Shown here piece by piece: positions 1-9,573 of a stretch of 32,000 bases of DNA (position 1 is the first letter of the stretch; every line of letters starts with the position of its first letter). The notes below the pieces were generated by a model. It worked only from the letters and a program-made list of their open reading frames with translations, searched no databases and was not told the DNA's origin. The DNA comes from Candidatus Saccharimonadota bacterium. Its GTDB lineage: Bacteria > Patescibacteriota > Saccharimonadia > Saccharimonadales > Saccharimonadaceae. The translations under genes were made by a program, and so were the position numbers. The DNA lies in NCBI GenBank assembly GCA_001897305.1, contig MKSO01000001.1, positions 1 to 32,000 of the forward strand, written 5' to 3'.

Positions 1-174
1 AGCGGCTCCATAGCTCGTAACTCCGCAGATGTAGGTATTAACCCTTCTATTACCAGCTTTGGCGATTCTCTCCAGCTCTACTACTACGACAAGTCTAATG
101 GCAACTTACGTCATGCTTGGGCAGACTCCACCGGATGGCATTTTAAGGTTCCCAGTGGTACAATATTCTACTAG
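1..174 (+). CDS. 3' end of a CDS that starts upstream of the window (partial); Tyr/Trp/Gly-rich repeat-type C-terminus, function unknown
   Basis: Frame 1 is open from base 1 to TAG at 172-174. My translation is SGSIARNSADVGINPSITSFGDSLQLYYYDKSNGNLRHAWADSTGWHFKVPSGTIFY*. It is absent from the ORF track because there is no in-window start. The stop abuts the next ATG (TAGATG). Confidence 0.5.
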   Translation, partial: SGSIARNSADVGINPSITSFGDSLQLYYYDKSNGNLRHAWADSTGWHFKVPSGTIFY

Positions 175-1953
175 ATGCGTTTTTACAAAACCACTCTTCA
201 ATGGCTAAAAAAGAATAAGCTCTGGGCCTTTTTTGCCGGCTTATTTCTGATTGCTCTATGGGAAGTACCCTACATTTTCGTTGGTAATCGTATTGAATGG
301 GGTGACTTCAGTATGTTTATGCAAGGATACGAAGCTATTCGTATTACCGTTCTCCAGTACGGACAATTCCCATGGTTTAACCCCTGGATGGCAGCTGGAA
401 CACCCTTATATGCAAATCCGCAAATTGGCGTCTTCTCACTACAAACTCTGTTAGTTTTTATCTTTGGTACATCTGCAGGAATTAAGCTATCGGTTGCACT
501 CTACACCCTTATTGGCTACTCGTCTATGTGTCTTCTCCTTCGCAGATATTTCAAAGCCGATTGGGTTATTACTGGGTTATTAAGTCTTGCCTGGGTCCTC
601 AACTCTTTTTTCATCGCTCACATCCCCTCGCACTACACATTCATCTGGTATATGATAACACCACTGTTTATCTATTTAGCCTTAACTTTCGATCGTAAAA
701 AATATGGCGGTCTACTTTTAGGTGGCGCTTTTGCTGCTATGGCACTTTCACAAGTACACAACCCTTTCTTCCACATATCTTTACTCACCGCCGTTATTAT
801 TCTTATACGCCTAGTACGTAACTATAAAAAACCCAAGGCTATACTATTACAACTCGTCGTTGCCGCTGGTACTTTTGTAATACTTGCAGGACACAGGGTG
901 CTTTTCACAGCACAAAACGCGCTTGAATTTCCACGAATACTAGTTGATCAAGCAGCAACTATTACCCAGTCTGTTCTTGCGTTCATTGTTCCCTATCGGG
1001 TACCCCCCTACACTTTCATTGTTTACCCTAATACTCCTTTTGGCTGGCAAGAGATTACCGCCTATATCGGTATCGGCACGCTGGTTGCCTTTGCAATTGC
1101 TGTCATATGCACCGTTGCTATTACCAGTAAAAATAAGAAACTTCCACTCAAATTAACCGGTTTCCAACTGTCAATTATTATTATTGGGATTGTTGGAACA
1201 TTCTTAATTGGACTAGGAGCAGTTTCTGATTTTGCCCCCTATAATGCACTTAAGCAGCTTCCTATTATAAGTGGGATGCGAGTGTCATCACGTTGGTTTA
1301 TATTTACACTATTCGGAATCATCATTGCATTAGCAATTATATACAGTCGTTTACCGAAGAATATTGGTCGGACGTTAATTGTTATTTTTCTAGCATTTGG
1401 TGTTGGCGAACTCTATGTTGCGAATTTCGGATACCAAAAACATATTCTATCCCACATAACCATACCGTCTACACAACAAGCAAAAAGCTATCCCTTCGAA
1501 TTATCAAGACAATTTGGTTCAACTCGTACCTTTGAAGACGGCACCCGCATCACAGAAGACGACGGTAATTTGCCTCATTTCTATCGAGAATACGAGGCAA
1601 CTACCTATAATATTGGTACAATCCAGGCAAATGACTCATTTATTGACCTTAATACCATTGAGCATCCGCAATGTGGATACGAAGATGGCTGTTCGTTTGT
1701 ATTATCCGGTAATGCTAGGGTTATATCTTGGTCGCCAAATAAGATAGTGCTGAAAAGAACATCACCAGGGGCTATCGCGCTTAATATGAATAATTCTCGC
1801 TACTTTGAAATAAATGGCAAAAGAGACGCTTCAATACGCGTTGTTGAAGCTTACAGGCGGTTTACTATTGACGATCCGTCGTCAACCATAACAATAGAAG
1901 CCGCACCATCCCTGTCTCCATTTACAGTGAAGGTTAAAGACCCGCACTCTTAG
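175..1953 (+). CDS. Polytopic integral membrane protein with a C-terminal soluble domain; possible GT-C/YfhO-like extracytoplasmic glycosyltransferase
   Basis: 592-aa ORF. Many hydrophobic segments span roughly the first 430 aa, followed by a hydrophilic tail of about 160 aa. The early loop motif YGQFPWFNPWMAAGTPLYANPQ resembles, from memory, the conserved first external loop of YfhO-type GT-C enzymes. The functional call is weak; the CDS call is solid. Confidence 0.6.
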   Translation: MRFYKTTLQWLKKNKLWAFFAGLFLIALWEVPYIFVGNRIEWGDFSMFMQGYEAIRITVLQYGQFPWFNPWMAAGTPLYANPQIGVFSLQTLLVFIFGTSAGIKLSVALYTLIGYSSMCLLLRRYFKADWVITGLLSLAWVLNSFFIAHIPSHYTFIWYMITPLFIYLALTFDRKKYGGLLLGGAFAAMALSQVHNPFFHISLLTAVIILIRLVRNYKKPKAILLQLVVAAGTFVILAGHRVLFTAQNALEFPRILVDQAATITQSVLAFIVPYRVPPYTFIVYPNTPFGWQEITAYIGIGTLVAFAIAVICTVAITSKNKKLPLKLTGFQLSIIIIGIVGTFLIGLGAVSDFAPYNALKQLPIISGMRVSSRWFIFTLFGIIIALAIIYSRLPKNIGRTLIVIFLAFGVGELYVANFGYQKHILSHITIPSTQQAKSYPFELSRQFGSTRTFEDGTRITEDDGNLPHFYREYEATTYNIGTIQANDSFIDLNTIEHPQCGYEDGCSFVLSGNARVISWSPNKIVLKRTSPGAIALNMNNSRYFEINGKRDASIRVVEAYRRFTIDDPSSTITIEAAPSLSPFTVKVKDPHS

Positions 1954-1959
1954 CTTACT

Positions 1960-3297
1960 CTATGAAATAATAGATCGTAATGTTTCGTACGACTGATCCC
2001 AGGTGTACGGTTGGTATTTCTGGGTCTTTTTCGTAATAGCCGCTAAATTATTGAGAGTTTCAGTTATCTTTTCAAGGAATTCATTCGCATCATACCCAGA
2101 AGCGTATCCAGCCATAGTCCCACCGGCCTCGGGAAGAGATGACCGTTTAGTAGTAATGCAGTATTTACCATAGGCAAACGATTCTCGCACCGGCAGCCCC
2201 CAGCCTTCGTAAATTGATGGATATACCGTAAATAAACAATTTTGGTATAGCCACTTTAGAGCCGTATCAGAAACACCAGATTTAAACACTATCGTGTCCT
2301 TTGTTTCATCGTCATGCTCTACCATAAAACGCATATTTTCGGTTAACCAGCCATTTCCACCAACTACAACAAGCTTAGGGAGGGTAACCCCTCTCTCACG
2401 AGCTAGTTTGTATACAGAGTAAAGAAGCTGATGGTTCTTGCGAACTTCAACCGTACCAACTGTTAATAAAAACTTTTCTTTATCTGAAACAAAATCGGGC
2501 TTTGTAGCTTCTGCTGTGATTTGAGGAGTATCGCCAAGTTGAATTCTTTTAATAGCAAGTTCTTTTTGAATGCCAATGTCTTTTGCAAAAAAACGTACAT
2601 CCGCGGCCGTTGAATCGGAAATACATATTAACTCATCCGCACCACTGACAGCTTCAAATAGGAAATTACTAAACGGCTCAAACAGGCCATCACCAAATAA
2701 ATGGCGTTGATAGACTGGTATTATATCGTGAATTAATTGAATATAACGAAACCCAACCTTCTGTTTTAATACCGAAAGAAGATCTACGTATTCAGGATAG
2801 TCCCACAATTTCCCAACAATAAGGACGGTATCCTGATCTGTTAATGTAACCGCTTTATACGATGAGGGTTGCACGTTCCTTACAAGCCTATGTTTTAACA
2901 CCGCTGCGCCATGTTTAGCCTTTTGAGCACCTCGATACACCTTCTTGGCAACCTGTTTTAGCTTCTTTTTGCGATCTTGGGTTAACTGCTCCTGAAGGAA
3001 TGGCGGTAAAGAACCAGAAACTCTTATGAGCTGCTGTTTAATACGGTCTTTTACGTCCATGTGTACCCCCTCTACTTGGGTGGGGTGAGTATCGTTCTCG
3101 TTAGAAAAAACATCTTCATATCTAATTTCTTTAATGTCCTTGTGGTACTGATTAAATCGCAGAAAGCGTACGTTTAGTGATTTATCTGATACTAATCGAG
3201 TGGCGTACTCGAAAACAACTCGCTGTACACCCGTAAAATGCCCCGACCATTCTTGTAGGTCTGTTAAGTCAAGCCAAACTGTACCATTACGCTTCAT
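1960..3297 (-). CDS. Glycosyltransferase, GT-B fold / family 4-like
   Basis: 445-aa ORF. The N-terminus VWLDLTDL..FTGVQRV and the C-terminal motif YEGWGLPVRESFAYGK (E-x7-E type) are typical of GT4 enzymes. A GGAGG Shine-Dalgarno lies 10 nt upstream, inside the preceding gene. Confidence 0.85.
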   Translation of the reverse strand: MKRNGTVWLDLTDLQEWSGHFTGVQRVVFEYATRLVSDKSLNVRFLRFNQYHKDIKEIRYEDVFSNENDTHPTQVEGVHMDVKDRIKQQLIRVSGSLPPFLQEQLTQDRKKKLKQVAKKVYRGAQKAKHGAAVLKHRLVRNVQPSSYKAVTLTDQDTVLIVGKLWDYPEYVDLLSVLKQKVGFRYIQLIHDIIPVYQRHLFGDGLFEPFSNFLFEAVSGADELICISDSTAADVRFFAKDIGIQKELAIKRIQLGDTPQITAEATKPDFVSDKEKFLLTVGTVEVRKNHQLLYSVYKLARERGVTLPKLVVVGGNGWLTENMRFMVEHDDETKDTIVFKSGVSDTALKWLYQNCLFTVYPSIYEGWGLPVRESFAYGKYCITTKRSSLPEAGGTMAGYASGYDANEFLEKITETLNNLAAITKKTQKYQPYTWDQSYETLRSIIS

Positions 3298-3298
3298 G

Positions 3299-4510
3299 CT
3301 ATATTTCCTCCAACTTTTGACTCATCGGCTGTAGACATACACTCCATAAAACCGAATTAACATCTACTTTTGAATCTAATTTTGTCACGTTATTCTCTTC
3401 AAACGAGCGGCTAATACTGTCTTTAAACTTCTGCCGCGTGTCCGCCAAGAGTACTTGTGGAGCATCTTTAAATTCATCAAAAGACCTATAGGCTTTAGTG
3501 GTTGCTACCACTGGCTTACGGGACGCTATTGCTTCGGCTGTTTTAAGATTAGATCCACCCCCCTCTGTGATTGGGAGTAAAATGGTGTGAGCATACGAGA
3601 GAAGACCTTGTAGCCGCGGGTGACTTAGTCTTCCAACTGATATAAGTCGGCGAAGCGAAGTAAACTGCTGAGCATCCTGTCTATCTAGATTATCCATAAT
3701 ATTCGTACCGACATCTCCAGCAAGGACTATTGCTTGGTTCCTTTTTAAGAAACCTAGACCAAAACCAATCATTTCCTTGAAGCCTTGAATATTAGGTGGA
3801 TGAGCAGAACCAATAAAGACCGCTATTTGCTCAATCCCCCTCTGTGCAAAATAAGCTCGCCAGTATTCTATATCTTTCTCTTGTGCATTCAAAGGAAAAA
3901 CACCGTTGCGAGCCAGGGTATAAGATTTCGCGCCCATCGCCACGAGTGATTCGCCATCAGCCTTAGTTACCGCAAATACGGCACTTGCTTTTGATGCAAG
4001 ATCATACTCAGCACTCTTTATGTCCTCAATCATTTGAGCTATATCTTCACGTTTATACCCTAAGCCATCGAGTAATTCTTTTTTCATGCTCCACTCAATA
4101 TTATGTGAGCTATAAGTGATCTGAGGACTGTACGATAAATCTTTAATGGCGTCCTTAAGCCCTATCCAACAAAACATTTGCTCAATTTGAATAATATCAG
4201 GGTGTAATTGCTCTATATACGCAATAACTCGTGCACGCAATTCTTTATCAGTGGCAATTGCTTTGCCAATTAAGTAGTCGCTTGTATCAGGGGCGTACCG
4301 AGTTGCCTGGGCTAGATCCCCCCTTACAGCAATATCTGTAGGTTCATAACCTGCAGGATGATGGTAGCGTGAGAAAACCGCAACATGTGAAACACTTTTA
4401 AAGTGCTTTTTATATTCTTCAAGAATAGCTTTAACGCGCAGTGGCCCACCCGTCAAAGCACCCTTAATAGGATACGTACTCATTAACAAGACTTTTTTAC
4501 TACTTTTCAT
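3299..4510 (-). CDS. Glycosyltransferase, GT-B fold (divergent GT4-like)
   Basis: 403-aa ORF. The N-terminus is VLLMSTYPIKGALTGGPLRV and the C-terminal motif is TEGGGSNLKTAEAIASRKPVVAT. An AAGGAG Shine-Dalgarno lies 5 nt upstream. It overlaps the upstream gene by 11 nt. Confidence 0.75.
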   Translation of the reverse strand: MKSSKKVLLMSTYPIKGALTGGPLRVKAILEEYKKHFKSVSHVAVFSRYHHPAGYEPTDIAVRGDLAQATRYAPDTSDYLIGKAIATDKELRARVIAYIEQLHPDIIQIEQMFCWIGLKDAIKDLSYSPQITYSSHNIEWSMKKELLDGLGYKREDIAQMIEDIKSAEYDLASKASAVFAVTKADGESLVAMGAKSYTLARNGVFPLNAQEKDIEYWRAYFAQRGIEQIAVFIGSAHPPNIQGFKEMIGFGLGFLKRNQAIVLAGDVGTNIMDNLDRQDAQQFTSLRRLISVGRLSHPRLQGLLSYAHTILLPITEGGGSNLKTAEAIASRKPVVATTKAYRSFDEFKDAPQVLLADTRQKFKDSISRSFEENNVTKLDSKVDVNSVLWSVCLQPMSQKLEEI

Positions 4511-6335
4511 ATGCGCTCCTTACAAAATCAAGCACAGACTCCATAGTCTTTTGTACCGATTCACTTTGAGCGTACTGTTCAAGTGTAAAATCATAATTAC
4601 CAATGTTTAGAATAGGAATGTCTTTTTTCATTCTTGCAAGCGTATCTCTCACTACCTTATCTGTTTTATCGGTTGTAATAACTGCTCGAGCCAAAGATAG
4701 AATTAATGGCGCTCCGTAAAGTGATTCTGCTTCCATGAGCTTATGAGCATCACTCTCGGCCCGAGCAATCTCTTGGTTAACAATGCCAATTTCATTAAAC
4801 ACATTGTAAATCGTATTGTCGGTGAACCCTGATATAGAGACAACTGCCCCATCAATAGCGCGTGCTTGTAGTTCTATTTGAGGATAGTTGGTACCTTCAG
4901 ACAAGAACAATAGAGCTGGTTGTGTTGAGTAGAACTTTTCCGTGTCACCCGCATCATAGGTTTGAACGATAGATCGAATATAATCAACACCTCGTGCATC
5001 GTACCGTACTGTCTGTAGACCGGGGTCTATAAATCCCTCAACTGCAATTGAATGTCTTTTACAAAAAGCTGCAAATGCTTGTGCAAAATAGCCTTCGTAC
5101 TGGTTTACGAGTGGATCGGGGCTAAAAATAGCCAAACGCTCTATACCCGGCTCCTGGAGTGTTGGTATGTATGTCATCTCGATCAGCTCTTGAAACTGAC
5201 TCGCTGTTACCCTCCAGGTATACTTATCATTAATAATGGCGTATGCTTTCTTTTTATTTTCAAAGTCTTCACCTGAAAGCGCCGCCAAAAGAGCATCACG
5301 AATAGAAAATACGTCTTTCGGATTAAAGGTATAAAGGGCGTCTGTTCCATTGCTAATCTCAGAAAAGACAGGAATATCCGAACATGCAACTGGTTTTCCA
5401 AGTGTAATTGCGTTCATTAGCGGCAGACCTAGACCTTCTGCTAATGACGGCATAAGTACCGTATCCGCACACATATATAAAGCTTGTATAGTTCGGTGGT
5501 CGACATTACCCGTAAACTGTATATCATCAACGTACAATCTTAGCTCGTCTTTTTCAAAAGACTCATATCGTGATGTTGCAATTAGGTTAAAGTGTGTACT
5601 AAGGTCCCGTCGTAACACCCCAGCCGCTTGGACTGCGCGTAGATTATTTTTATGATGCATATGGCCACCACCTGTTGGCAAAAGAACATACGGATGGGTA
5701 ATACCTAGTTGAGCGACTATTTCTTCAGCCTCTTGGCTATCCAAGATAAATCGTTCACCAGCCCCATTTGCCACTGCTATCTTTGCCGCATCCACCCCTA
5801 GTAGTCGAGTTAGTTCATTTTTTGTGTTGTAGGAATTTGCAAGAATCTTATCAACCTCGTAAATAGTATGAAAACGTTCAAAATATACATTACCAGGAAA
5901 GATGTTCTTTAAATATTCCCACATCACAATAGGGATAAGGTCATGGAAAAACAGGATTGTAGTTGCATTATTTGGAACAACTGCGAAATAGTCAAACAAA
6001 AAAAGGGCGGGTATAAAATAAACAGCTTCTTCATTTTTATGTGTGTTTCGTTCTATAAACGATTCAAGTTGTTGTTTTGCTTTTATTTCAAGCCCGGTAT
6101 TAGGAATATCTAGCGGTACCTGTTTGACATCGATACCTTTCAAAGCTGACCCCATTCGCTCTATGTGTGCTGAGGTCATAGATATATTAGGGTTGATAAT
6201 AACCGTCACTCTAGCATCATATTCTGCAATGTAGCTTCGCACTATTTCTAAGGTAAGAATACCCATACCCCTCTCAAGAGCACCGGTTTGGAATATTTGC
6301 CCATCTATATAAATATGTTTCTTTTTTTGAGTCAT
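4500..6335 (-). CDS. Glycosyltransferase family 4-like with an extra C-terminal domain of about 225 aa and unknown function
   Basis: 611-aa ORF. It shows the motifs IYIDGQIF..GMGILT and AEGLGLPLMNAITLGKPVACSD within the first ~385 aa. The remainder (ERLAIFSPDPLVNQYEGYF...) has no motif I recognise. Confidence 0.8.
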   Translation of the reverse strand: MTQKKKHIYIDGQIFQTGALERGMGILTLEIVRSYIAEYDARVTVIINPNISMTSAHIERMGSALKGIDVKQVPLDIPNTGLEIKAKQQLESFIERNTHKNEEAVYFIPALFLFDYFAVVPNNATTILFFHDLIPIVMWEYLKNIFPGNVYFERFHTIYEVDKILANSYNTKNELTRLLGVDAAKIAVANGAGERFILDSQEAEEIVAQLGITHPYVLLPTGGGHMHHKNNLRAVQAAGVLRRDLSTHFNLIATSRYESFEKDELRLYVDDIQFTGNVDHRTIQALYMCADTVLMPSLAEGLGLPLMNAITLGKPVACSDIPVFSEISNGTDALYTFNPKDVFSIRDALLAALSGEDFENKKKAYAIINDKYTWRVTASQFQELIEMTYIPTLQEPGIERLAIFSPDPLVNQYEGYFAQAFAAFCKRHSIAVEGFIDPGLQTVRYDARGVDYIRSIVQTYDAGDTEKFYSTQPALLFLSEGTNYPQIELQARAIDGAVVSISGFTDNTIYNVFNEIGIVNQEIARAESDAHKLMEAESLYGAPLILSLARAVITTDKTDKVVRDTLARMKKDIPILNIGNYDFTLEQYAQSESVQKTMESVLDFVRSAYEK

Positions 6336-7249
6336 CGAGACAGCCTCCGACGCACCACCCGAACGCCCTCGTTAAATAATAGCTTCGGCACTTTTATACC
6401 TAACAATGACAGCTTATTTATAACCCGTATATGTTTAGGAGGACGATACGATGACTGCTCATAGTATGATAGTGATGATTTCTTATAGTATTCACCACTT
6501 TGAATTATTACACGATCGATAACATCATCAATAGATGTAGCTGGCTTTATAGTTCCCTCAGGACTATGGACCACCTTGTCCGCGTCAGATTTGCCCGCAA
6601 GATAGATCAGTTCCTGAAGGGCATGCTTAGCATTTTCTTTAAAAGAAATAATGCTAGGCGCGTGACGTTCTTGACTTGTGTAATTGGTTCTTTTAGCGTT
6701 CTGCTCATCAAGCCATACAAAGTTACGTAGATCAGACTCGATTATATCGCCGTCACCTATTTCTAATACATTACTAGTTTTAGGCCCCTTTTGGTATATA
6801 GTGTACTGGTCATAGATATGTGTTTTTTCATATCCAGATATAGTATTTCCGATACCTTTAAGCACAATAATTCGAGGAGTGTGACTTTTTAAAACATCAA
6901 TTATCGTAGTGTAGTAAGAGCTGTCGTTATCGCCTACTGATACTACATCCACGGTCAGCTTATGTTGATTAGTAAGCCATTCTTTAAAATCTTTAATTGA
7001 TGAAAAAAACTCTGCATTGTTTTTTCTATCGAATTCCACCATTTTATTAACAGGACCATCAGGGTTAACGTGCACCCCCTTCCATCCATTAATAAAAAGA
7101 TTTTTTGTCAAAGAGTGCGTAAACGGAAGGTTACTTCCAACCTCAATATACGTTCCATTATAGTTCTTTGGAAATAGGTTCTTAATAGCAATATCGACAC
7201 CAAATGGTGTATATGACACTTTTTTAGTGTGTATTACGGAGTGTATCAT
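6332..7249 (-). CDS. Hypothetical protein; possible FkbM-family (class I SAM) methyltransferase
   Basis: 305-aa ORF with an ATGA overlap to the upstream gene. The segment YIEVGSNLPFTHSLTKNLFINGWKGVHVNPD resembles the (V/I)E(I/V)GAN..S.T..L...GW.G..IEP start of FkbM-type methyltransferases. This is a by-eye comparison only. Confidence 0.45.
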   Translation of the reverse strand: MIHSVIHTKKVSYTPFGVDIAIKNLFPKNYNGTYIEVGSNLPFTHSLTKNLFINGWKGVHVNPDGPVNKMVEFDRKNNAEFFSSIKDFKEWLTNQHKLTVDVVSVGDNDSSYYTTIIDVLKSHTPRIIVLKGIGNTISGYEKTHIYDQYTIYQKGPKTSNVLEIGDGDIIESDLRNFVWLDEQNAKRTNYTSQERHAPSIISFKENAKHALQELIYLAGKSDADKVVHSPEGTIKPATSIDDVIDRVIIQSGEYYKKSSLSYYEQSSYRPPKHIRVINKLSLLGIKVPKLLFNEGVRVVRRRLSR

Positions 7250-7263
7250 TATCTCTCTTTAGT

Positions 7264-8361
7264 TTATCGTATCTTGGCAGATCTTGCCACCTCTATTAGC
7301 GACGTTGCTGCTGCGTTTGGTCGCACAATTAAATGAGCCGTTTGAGGGCTTACCGTATAACCTTTCATTGAAAGTAAAGATGAATCATTCCTTTTTTCTA
7401 CAAGCTTAATCTGTTTTACCACTTCCCGTAGAGCGGCTGCGTTTGATATATAAGCATCTGTTTCACAAGAAGCCGCTTCTAACACAGGAACACCATATCC
7501 TTCGTAAAGTGACGGCATAATAATGGCAGATGCTCTCGAATAAAAGGCGGCGAGATCATTATCCTCAACATACCCATTTGGACGCAGAATGTAGGTATTT
7601 TCTTTATTAATACTATCAATTAGCAGAAGTATTTCTTCGTTACGCCATCCACCACCCCCAACGATAATAAGTGGGTGAGCTCGTTTCCATACGTCAGAAT
7701 AATTACTGTATGCTCTCAACATCACATCGAGCCCTTTGCGAGGCTCTAAGTTTCCCACATACAATAAGAAATCTTCAATTGTTATACCGTACTTTTTTAA
7801 TACTTTTTTTGATTCAATGTGAGGTTTTTTGGAAAAGAGAGATTTATCAACAGAGTTGGGAATAATAGAGACTTGCTTACGCTTTCCAAAAATATCTTCA
7901 ATTTCCTTTTTTGAAAATTCAGATACCGTCGCTATTTCCGTCGCTCTTCGATACCATCGTTTGTAAAAAGTCCTTAAAAAAAACAGATTCTTTTTTTCAA
8001 TCGTTTCAGGCATTCGTATAAAGGCCATGTCGTGAAAACAAGTTAATGAGCGTGAGTCTTTCGTTAGTGGCCAGTTTTCATAATTGCCAAAAAAATAAAA
8101 ACCCTTCCCTACTGTTTTATCTATCTTCGGAGCTAAGCCAAATATATCAAGAAGCTGCATAGTGCGATGACGGTAAGGCAATTCTTTGATTTCTAAATCA
8201 GGGTAACGACCCTGTAGTAAACTTGCTTTTCCTTTAGGCACCACAAGGATGGTTTTATGGTTCAATTCTTGTAAACCATGTACGATATTTTGAACATAGT
8301 GCCCAATACCGCTCATTTTTTTTGGTAAAAGTGGTAAAGCATCTATATAGAGCGGGTTCAT
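7264..8361 (-). CDS. Glycosyltransferase family 4-like
   Basis: 365-aa ORF with the motifs LYIDALPL..MSGIGHYV and YEGYGVPVLEAASCETDAYISN. Its start immediately follows the stop of the ABC ATPase gene. Confidence 0.85.
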   Translation of the reverse strand: MNPLYIDALPLLPKKMSGIGHYVQNIVHGLQELNHKTILVVPKGKASLLQGRYPDLEIKELPYRHRTMQLLDIFGLAPKIDKTVGKGFYFFGNYENWPLTKDSRSLTCFHDMAFIRMPETIEKKNLFFLRTFYKRWYRRATEIATVSEFSKKEIEDIFGKRKQVSIIPNSVDKSLFSKKPHIESKKVLKKYGITIEDFLLYVGNLEPRKGLDVMLRAYSNYSDVWKRAHPLIIVGGGGWRNEEILLLIDSINKENTYILRPNGYVEDNDLAAFYSRASAIIMPSLYEGYGVPVLEAASCETDAYISNAAALREVVKQIKLVEKRNDSSLLSMKGYTVSPQTAHLIVRPNAAATSLIEVARSAKIR

Positions 8362-9573
8362 TTATTTAATCGTAAAGTCAATATTAGGTGTAATTGGGTA
8401 GGGTGTTCTTGCCTCTTTGAAAACAACAAACTGTGCAGCGTCTTCCCACCAATCATATATAGTTGTATCTGGGTGAATAACAGTGGCGTCGATACCATAC
8501 GTTCCGTCGTTGAATACATTTGGAAAACGCCAAGCAAATTTTACGGTTTGGCCTTTTTTCAATGGAGGTAAATCAACTTTTAAGATTTTTGAATTACTTC
8601 CCATTATTTGACCGCCGGTTGCATTCCTAATAGAGAACCCTATGACATATTCATCTGATGCTAGGTCTTGGTTAGCAACAATCTCACCCTCAATATCAAT
8701 ATACTGGTCTTCCTTGTATTCAGTCTTTTGAGCGCTAACTGTTTTAACTTTTACAATACCGTTACCCCAACGATCAGGCTGCTCTTCTTTGGGGTTAATT
8801 TCCTTAGATTGCTCTTTCATGAACATTTTAGTGTATTTATCTGCAACTGTGTTAACGTCACCTTCAGCGACGACCTTGCTTTTTTCGATCATAATGGCAC
8901 GATCGCAATATTCACGAATAGCGCCCATATCATGACTTACAAAAACAACGGTCTTTTTATCTTTTTTAAGTTTTCTAAAATGGTTATAACACTTTCGCTG
9001 AAAAGCAGCATCGCCTACAGCTAATACCTCGTCTACTAGAAGAATATCCGCTTCAGCACGAGTCGCAACCGAAAAAGCCAGGCGAACTTGCATACCTGAA
9101 GAGTAATTTTTCAGCTTCTGATCCATAAACTTCTCAAGTTCGGCGAACTTAACGATCTCATCGTACATACTATCGACTTGTTTTGTCGTAAAGCCCAAAA
9201 GAGCACCATTTAAATAAACATTTTCTCGGCCTGTGAGCTCTGGATTAAAACCAACTCCTAGCTCAATAAATGGTACAAGCCTACCATCGCGCTGCACAGA
9301 ACCCTTACTCGGTGCATAAATTTCGGCGAGTATCTTTAAAAGTGTACTTTTTCCACTTCCATTTCGTCCAACAATCCCAAAAAATTCACCCTTTTTAATA
9401 TCAAAATTAATATTACTTAGAGCATGTTGCGTTTCCCCTGGCTGCCGACTTTTTTTCTTTAGTATATTAAGTGCTGCTGACTTAATAGAGTTACTTTTAT
9501 CGTGGGGAAGATAAAAGTCTTTATATACGTGGTCAACTTTAATGGCGGTTGTATCATCAGCCGTTTTATTCAT
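8362..9573 (-). CDS. Polysaccharide/teichoic-acid ABC exporter ATP-binding protein (Wzt/TagH type) with a C-terminal glycan-binding-type beta-sandwich extension
   Basis: 403-aa ORF. Walker A is GRNGSGKSTLLK, the ABC signature is YSSGMQVRLAFS, Walker B is ILLVDEVLAVGD and the H-loop is VFVSHDM. About 140 aa lie beyond the NBD (GNGIVKV...GTYGIDATV...FVVF), in the style of Wzt C-terminal domains. Confidence 0.9.
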   Translation of the reverse strand: MNKTADDTTAIKVDHVYKDFYLPHDKSNSIKSAALNILKKKSRQPGETQHALSNINFDIKKGEFFGIVGRNGSGKSTLLKILAEIYAPSKGSVQRDGRLVPFIELGVGFNPELTGRENVYLNGALLGFTTKQVDSMYDEIVKFAELEKFMDQKLKNYSSGMQVRLAFSVATRAEADILLVDEVLAVGDAAFQRKCYNHFRKLKKDKKTVVFVSHDMGAIREYCDRAIMIEKSKVVAEGDVNTVADKYTKMFMKEQSKEINPKEEQPDRWGNGIVKVKTVSAQKTEYKEDQYIDIEGEIVANQDLASDEYVIGFSIRNATGGQIMGSNSKILKVDLPPLKKGQTVKFAWRFPNVFNDGTYGIDATVIHPDTTIYDWWEDAAQFVVFKEARTPYPITPNIDFTIK

